From: Spirochaetaceae bacterium
Lineage (GTDB): Bacteria > Spirochaetota > Spirochaetia > Treponematales > Breznakiellaceae
Length of the DNA stretch: 40,593 nt
Assembly (NCBI GenBank): GCA_031283755.1
Contig: JAITBE010000130.1
Span: forward strand, 1-40,593
Direction: 5' to 3'
Shown here: positions 36,916 through 40,593 of the stretch, piece by piece
Position numbering within the stretch: the first letter of the stretch is position 1
Layout of the letters: each line of letters opens with the position of its first letter
The notes under the pieces: model-generated
Databases searched by the model: none
What the model saw: only the letters and a program-made list of their open reading frames with translations
What the model was told of the DNA's origin: nothing
Program-made: the position numbers and the translations under genes

Positions 36916-38135
36916 TGAAAAGGGTCAGGACCGATGCGAGTCTTCTGCTCTTGATTATCATTGTCGTACTCCTGGGGGGAGGCGTTTTTTTTGTTTTCCG
37001 CAGCTTACGGTCTGACCCCATAGAAGATGCCCTTTCCCAGGATCGGGTTATCAACACCCTTTTTATCATAGAAAAGGACGGAAAACCCCTCTGTTCTTAT
37101 GTGCTTTTTTATTATCCCTCTACCAAACGGGCCACGGTTTTTGATATCCCCGGAGAGGTAGGGCTTATTATTCCGCGTATAAACCGGGTGGACCGGATAG
37201 ATACCCTCTATGATCCCCAAAGAATTTCCGCCTTTGAGGGGGAAATCGGAAGTCTTTTGGGGATAGAAGTCAATAATTTCGTAATTTTTACCATGGAGAA
37301 CCTGGGTAAAATCGTGGATTTGATCGAAGGGGTGGAAATATTTATCCCCACGGCGGTAGAAATTTACGATGAATCCCCGATCCTCTTTCCTTCGGGGGTT
37401 ATCCGGCTTGACGGGGATAAGGCCCAAGCCTACATCACCTATGAACTCCCCGAGGAGGATCCTGAATTAACCCAATTCCGCAGACAGCGGTTTTTTCTTG
37501 GCTTAATTAAAAGCCTTGGGGAAAAAAATGAAATCCTCAAAAGCCCCCGGGTGGTCCGTTTATGTCAATCTTTTATAAAGGCCAACATGAACCAGCATAC
37601 CCGGGTCCGGCTTTTTGATGAATATGCCGGAATTGATATTGACCGGGTAGGGATCCATTCCATTGGGGGGATTAGCCGGGTTGTCTCGGGACAAACCCTG
37701 CTGTTCCCTTCTTATGACGGCAATCTCATTAAAGAAATCGTGCGCCAGGCCCTGGGTTCCCTTACCCGCCAGGTGGAAGGGGCCGTCAGCGAACGGATCT
37801 TTACCGTGGAGGTCCTCAATGGAACCGCTACCGCCGGTCTTGCGGGAAGGACCGCCGAACTCCTTCGGGGGTTTGGATACGATGTTATTTCCATCGGGAA
37901 CGCCGATCGTAATGATTATGAAGCAACGGAAATTATCGACCGTTCCGGGTATGAAGATATCGTCAAAACCTTTGCGGAAGTGATACGGTGTCAAAACATT
38001 CAGTACGAATCCCTGGACCTTAATGAATTGGAAATAGAGCCGGATATGAATTTACAAAATTTTGAATATAAATCTGATTTTACCCTGGTATTGGGAAGGG
38101 ATTTTAATGGACGATACGTTACCGATGGACAATAA
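36912..38135 (+). CDS. LCP (LytR-CpsA-Psr) family protein with LytR_C domain
   Basis: Single N-terminal TM; KIVDLIEGVEI, LDGDKA, RRQR; C-terminal VEVLNGT..GLA...LRGFGYDV..GNAD...LVLGRDF. Confidence 0.8.
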   Translation: MMKRVRTDASLLLLIIIVVLLGGGVFFVFRSLRSDPIEDALSQDRVINTLFIIEKDGKPLCSYVLFYYPSTKRATVFDIPGEVGLIIPRINRVDRIDTLYDPQRISAFEGEIGSLLGIEVNNFVIFTMENLGKIVDLIEGVEIFIPTAVEIYDESPILFPSGVIRLDGDKAQAYITYELPEEDPELTQFRRQRFFLGLIKSLGEKNEILKSPRVVRLCQSFIKANMNQHTRVRLFDEYAGIDIDRVGIHSIGGISRVVSGQTLLFPSYDGNLIKEIVRQALGSLTRQVEGAVSERIFTVEVLNGTATAGLAGRTAELLRGFGYDVISIGNADRNDYEATEIIDRSGYEDIVKTFAEVIRCQNIQYESLDLNELEIEPDMNLQNFEYKSDFTLVLGRDFNGRYVTDGQ

Positions 38136-38469
38136 AGCCGCCGCCCTGGCCTTGGGGGAGCTTCTCCGGGAGCACAAGGGCGGGGATGTGGTATTCATGG
38201 ACCTCCGATCCCTCCATATTTGGACGGATTTTTTTCTCATCGCCACGGTTTCCTCCCATACCCATCTCCAGGGGCTGGAGCGGTATATCCGGGAATTTGC
38301 CCATCAGCACGGACTGGATATCCGCCGGGGTTCCCGTAAACGGTCCCTTGATGACGAGTGGAACCTGATAGATATGGGAAATATCGTTATCCATCTTATG
38401 ACAGCAAATTCCCGTACTTTTTACGAGTTGGAACGACTTTGGAGTGCCGCTGAGATACTATACGTTTAA
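38107..38469 (+). CDS. rsfS: Ribosome silencing factor
   Basis: EHKGGDVVFMDL, TDFFLIAT, WNLIDMGNIVIHLM..SRTFYELERLW. Start 38107 or 38125. Confidence 0.92.
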   Translation: MDDTLPMDNKAAALALGELLREHKGGDVVFMDLRSLHIWTDFFLIATVSSHTHLQGLERYIREFAHQHGLDIRRGSRKRSLDDEWNLIDMGNIVIHLMTANSRTFYELERLWSAAEILYV

Positions 38470-38511
38470 AAAATGTCTTCCCCGGGACCCGCTTACTAAC
38501 AATGACCGACG

Positions 38512-38832
38512 CTATTCCTCAAATTCGTCGTAATCTACATCCTCTTCATAGTCATACTCATCGTCGTCTTCGTCGTAATCATCGTCGTCGTCATCAAAAT
38601 CATCGTCCTCGAAGTCGTCATCAAACCCGTCATCCATGTCGTCAAAATCATCTTCTTCGTCAAGGTCATCCTCATCTTCATCTTCGTCATCGAAGATAAA
38701 AAAAGGAAGGGGCATCTTGTCATGGTACTCGTCCGACAGGGGAATCATGGCGAGTTCGTATGACAAACCTAAATCATCTGCGGGGATCCGCCTGGTATTC
38801 ATGGTCTCATCCGGAACCATCGTTTTCTCCAT
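38512..38832 (-). CDS. Small, extremely acidic hypothetical protein
   Basis: 106 aa; 46 of the last 59 residues are Asp/Glu with mixed synonymous codons; upstream promoter-like TTGACA-18-TATGTT. Confidence 0.65.
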   Translation of the reverse strand: MEKTMVPDETMNTRRIPADDLGLSYELAMIPLSDEYHDKMPLPFFIFDDEDEDEDDLDEEDDFDDMDDGFDDDFEDDDFDDDDDDYDEDDDEYDYEEDVDYDEFEE

Positions 38833-38852
38833 ATTAAGATTATTTCTCTTGA

Positions 38853-38882
38853 AACATAAGGGAGAGTTTCAGTATCTGTCAA
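38853..38882 (-). promoter_or_regulatory. sigma70-type promoter of the acidic protein gene
   Basis: Minus strand TTGACA-18-TATGTT. Confidence 0.5.
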
Positions 38883-39231
38883 CTACTTTCTGCGTAATTA
38901 AGCATTTTTTTTTAATTTTCCGGTATCTTTTTTGTCCCGTACCCGCGAAGACCCATTGGGGAGCGAAAATTCCCCTTCCCGTGAGCTAACCTGTAGAATT
39001 CGCCTGCGGAACCCGGGAGCCAGGGTTGTGAAACCTATGGCTTTACAGCTTATGCCATTTGGGTAACATTTTCAATTTGAGGCATGGCCTCTTTCGGTAA
39101 CATTTTCGATGAGGCACCAGGGCCACTGCATTTACTTTTCAGAGGCTGAAATTTGCCAAAACATTGAAGAATTTTTAACCACAAAGGCGCACAAAGGCGC
39201 AGAAGGAAGGAATAACGTGTTGCTTCATACA

Positions 39232-39348
39232 TCCTTTGTGTCCTTTGTGTCCTTTGTGTCCTTTGTGTCCTTTGTGTCCTTCGTGTCCTTCGTGTCCTTC
39301 GTGTCCTTCGTGTCCTTCGTGTCCTTCGTGTCCTTCGTGTCCTTCGTG
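39232..39348. repeat. 9-bp tandem repeat, 13 copies
   Basis: 5 x TCCTTTGTG followed by 8 x TCCTTCGTG. Confidence 0.97.
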
Positions 39349-39439
39349 GTTAGTTTTTCTTGGAAATTCCGGTGAATTCAAGGAAATTTTAACGATCAAA
39401 AAGTAAATGCTTTTGCCCTGGATGAGGTACTGCGAGCCC

Positions 39440-39469
39440 TTTACAGGATTTTCTTTTTTTTGATATACT
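39440..39469 (+). promoter_or_regulatory. sigma70-type promoter upstream of ispE
   Basis: TTTACA-18-TATACT with extended -10 TGn. Confidence 0.55.
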
Positions 39470-39552
39470 CCCAATATGGGGTTTGCCCAAAAGCGGCCGG
39501 CTTAGGGACAGCGCCTATCTAACGCGGCGGTAAACCGGGACCGGTAAATTCG

Positions 39553-40491
39553 ATGGAAAAGACCAAGGAAAACCGGCAGGTAAGGCGGGAAGCCCCCGGC
39601 AAGATCAACCTGCACCTCCGGGTGAAAGGCCTTCGGGCCGACGGGTATCATGCCCTGGAAAGTATTTTTTTGGCCCTGGACTGGGGGGATACCCTGCGGC
39701 TCGATGCTGCCAAGGGTCCGGGGACTTGTGAATTGTTCAGGAATTGTCTGCTCCCCCAGGGGGAGCTGCCTTTTCCCCCGGAGCAGGACCTGGTATACCG
39801 GGCCGCCGTCCTTTTTAGGGCAAAAACCGGGTTTGACCGGGCCCTGCGGATCGAGCTGGATAAGCGGATCCCCCTGGGTGCGGGATTGGGGGGCGGTTCC
39901 TCGGACGCGGCGGCGGTTCTTTTGGCCTTAGATCAGTTGGCGGGGACCGGCCTGTCCCAGGCAGCGCTGAGAACCCTGGCGGAGGCCCTGGGCAGCGATG
40001 TGCCCTTTTTTCTTTCCCCCGGGGCGGCCCTGGTTCATGGCCGGGGAGAGGAGCTTGCCCCGTTGGACCCCCCGGAAAATATCCGGGTGGTTCTGGTTAA
40101 TCCGGGGTTTCCCCAGGACACCGCCGAAGCTTTCCGTCTTCTGGACCTGGAGCGGGGGAGGGGATGGCCGGCGCCGGAGGAACCTGAGCCGGGGACCTTG
40201 GCAAAGGCCCTTTCCGGGCCTCCTGTTTTATGGCCCTATGGGAATGATTTTTTACCTCTTTTTTTGGAGAGGGGGCCCGGTGAGAAGGCGGAAGCTTATC
40301 GGAGCATAATTTTGAGCCTTAAGGCCCTGGGCGCGGAATTTACGGGCTTATCCGGGTCAGGATCTACCTGTTTTGGAATTTTTACTAACGGAGGAGCGGC
40401 GGATCGGGCGGTACAAGTCCTCGGAGGGGAATGGAATTTTGTCAGAGTAACCTTTCCCCTTGCGCGTTCGGGCAATGCGGTATTACAATAA
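39553..40491 (+). CDS. ispE: 4-diphosphocytidyl-2-C-methyl-D-erythritol kinase
   Basis: APGKINLHL, DGYHALES, KRIPLGAGLGGGSSDAA, LGSDVPFF, GRGE, LSGSGST. Confidence 0.96.
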   Translation: MEKTKENRQVRREAPGKINLHLRVKGLRADGYHALESIFLALDWGDTLRLDAAKGPGTCELFRNCLLPQGELPFPPEQDLVYRAAVLFRAKTGFDRALRIELDKRIPLGAGLGGGSSDAAAVLLALDQLAGTGLSQAALRTLAEALGSDVPFFLSPGAALVHGRGEELAPLDPPENIRVVLVNPGFPQDTAEAFRLLDLERGRGWPAPEEPEPGTLAKALSGPPVLWPYGNDFLPLFLERGPGEKAEAYRSIILSLKALGAEFTGLSGSGSTCFGIFTNGGAADRAVQVLGGEWNFVRVTFPLARSGNAVLQ

Positions 40492-40529
40492 TATTATGTT
40501 AACCTGGACCGAAAAAAAGGAGAAGCGCC

Positions 40530-40593
40530 ATGGAGATAACCGACATTAGGGTCCGTAAAGTGGCCGGTGAGGGTAAATTAAAGGCATATGTAA
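40530..40593 (+). CDS. spoVG: SpoVG family nucleic-acid-binding regulator (5' part, truncated by the window end)
   Basis: AAGGAG SD, then MEITDIRVRKVAGEGKLKAYV. Confidence 0.88.
   Translation, partial: MEITDIRVRKVAGEGKLKAYV

Noticed and set aside
38502-38989. Arg/His-rich, Thr/Met-rich and Ser-rich ORFs over the acidic gene
   Set aside because: Alternate-frame readings of GAY/GAR codons; the promoter and third-position variation favour the Asp/Glu frame.
38990-39120. c-di-GMP-I riboswitch on the minus strand (GTAAAGCCATAGG resembles GCAAAGCC..GG)
   Set aside because: No GAAA-capped P2 stem in the right position and no closing P1 could be built.
39232-39348. Possible CRISPR array
   Set aside because: Contiguous 9-bp units with no spacers and no cas genes.
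39109-39474. ORFs encoding (SFV)n on + and His-rich (HEG/HKG)n on -
   Set aside because: Units are identical at DNA level with no synonymous variation and lack good starts or SD. They are better explained as translations of a non-coding tandem repeat.

Overview
A 40.6-kb chromosomal segment of a spirochaete. The CheY N-terminus, DUF5312 and DUF1577-type proteins, rplU-prp-rpmA-obg order and ispE-spoVG order point to a Treponema-like organism, possibly a termite-gut lineage (inference). Content is mostly core: pfk, a DUF4015-like glycoside hydrolase, a PilZ/HD/ComFB cluster, tRNA-Pro(TGG), a hybrid histidine kinase, an Mla/Mce ABC system with a TPR lipoprotein, the TIGR03916 radical SAM/TIGR03915 DNA-repair pair, leuB-ilvD-ilvB, a metallophosphoesterase, fprA, a stand-alone cheY, dus, tRNA-Glu(CTC), two tandem DUF5312-like paralogs, pgeF, argS, rplU-prp-rpmA-obgE-nadD/yqeK-LCP-rsfS, a very acidic small protein, ispE and the start of spoVG. 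No transposase, integrase, phage gene or CRISPR array was seen. Most interesting observations: (i) a dense family of palindromic intergenic repeats, some placed just downstream of predicted promoters; (ii) an exact antisense copy of the tRNA-Glu T-arm in its own 3' trailer; (iii) clamp-binding-like motifs in both DNA-repair proteins, plus a palindromic operator over their leaderless promoter; (iv) a split-PilZ/HD/ComFB candidate cyclic-dinucleotide module; (v) an intact Prp protease beside an L27 that lacks the Prp substrate extension; (vi) a 13-copy 9-bp tandem repeat forming one arm of an inverted-repeat element. All family calls come from motif recognition by eye; no database search was run.
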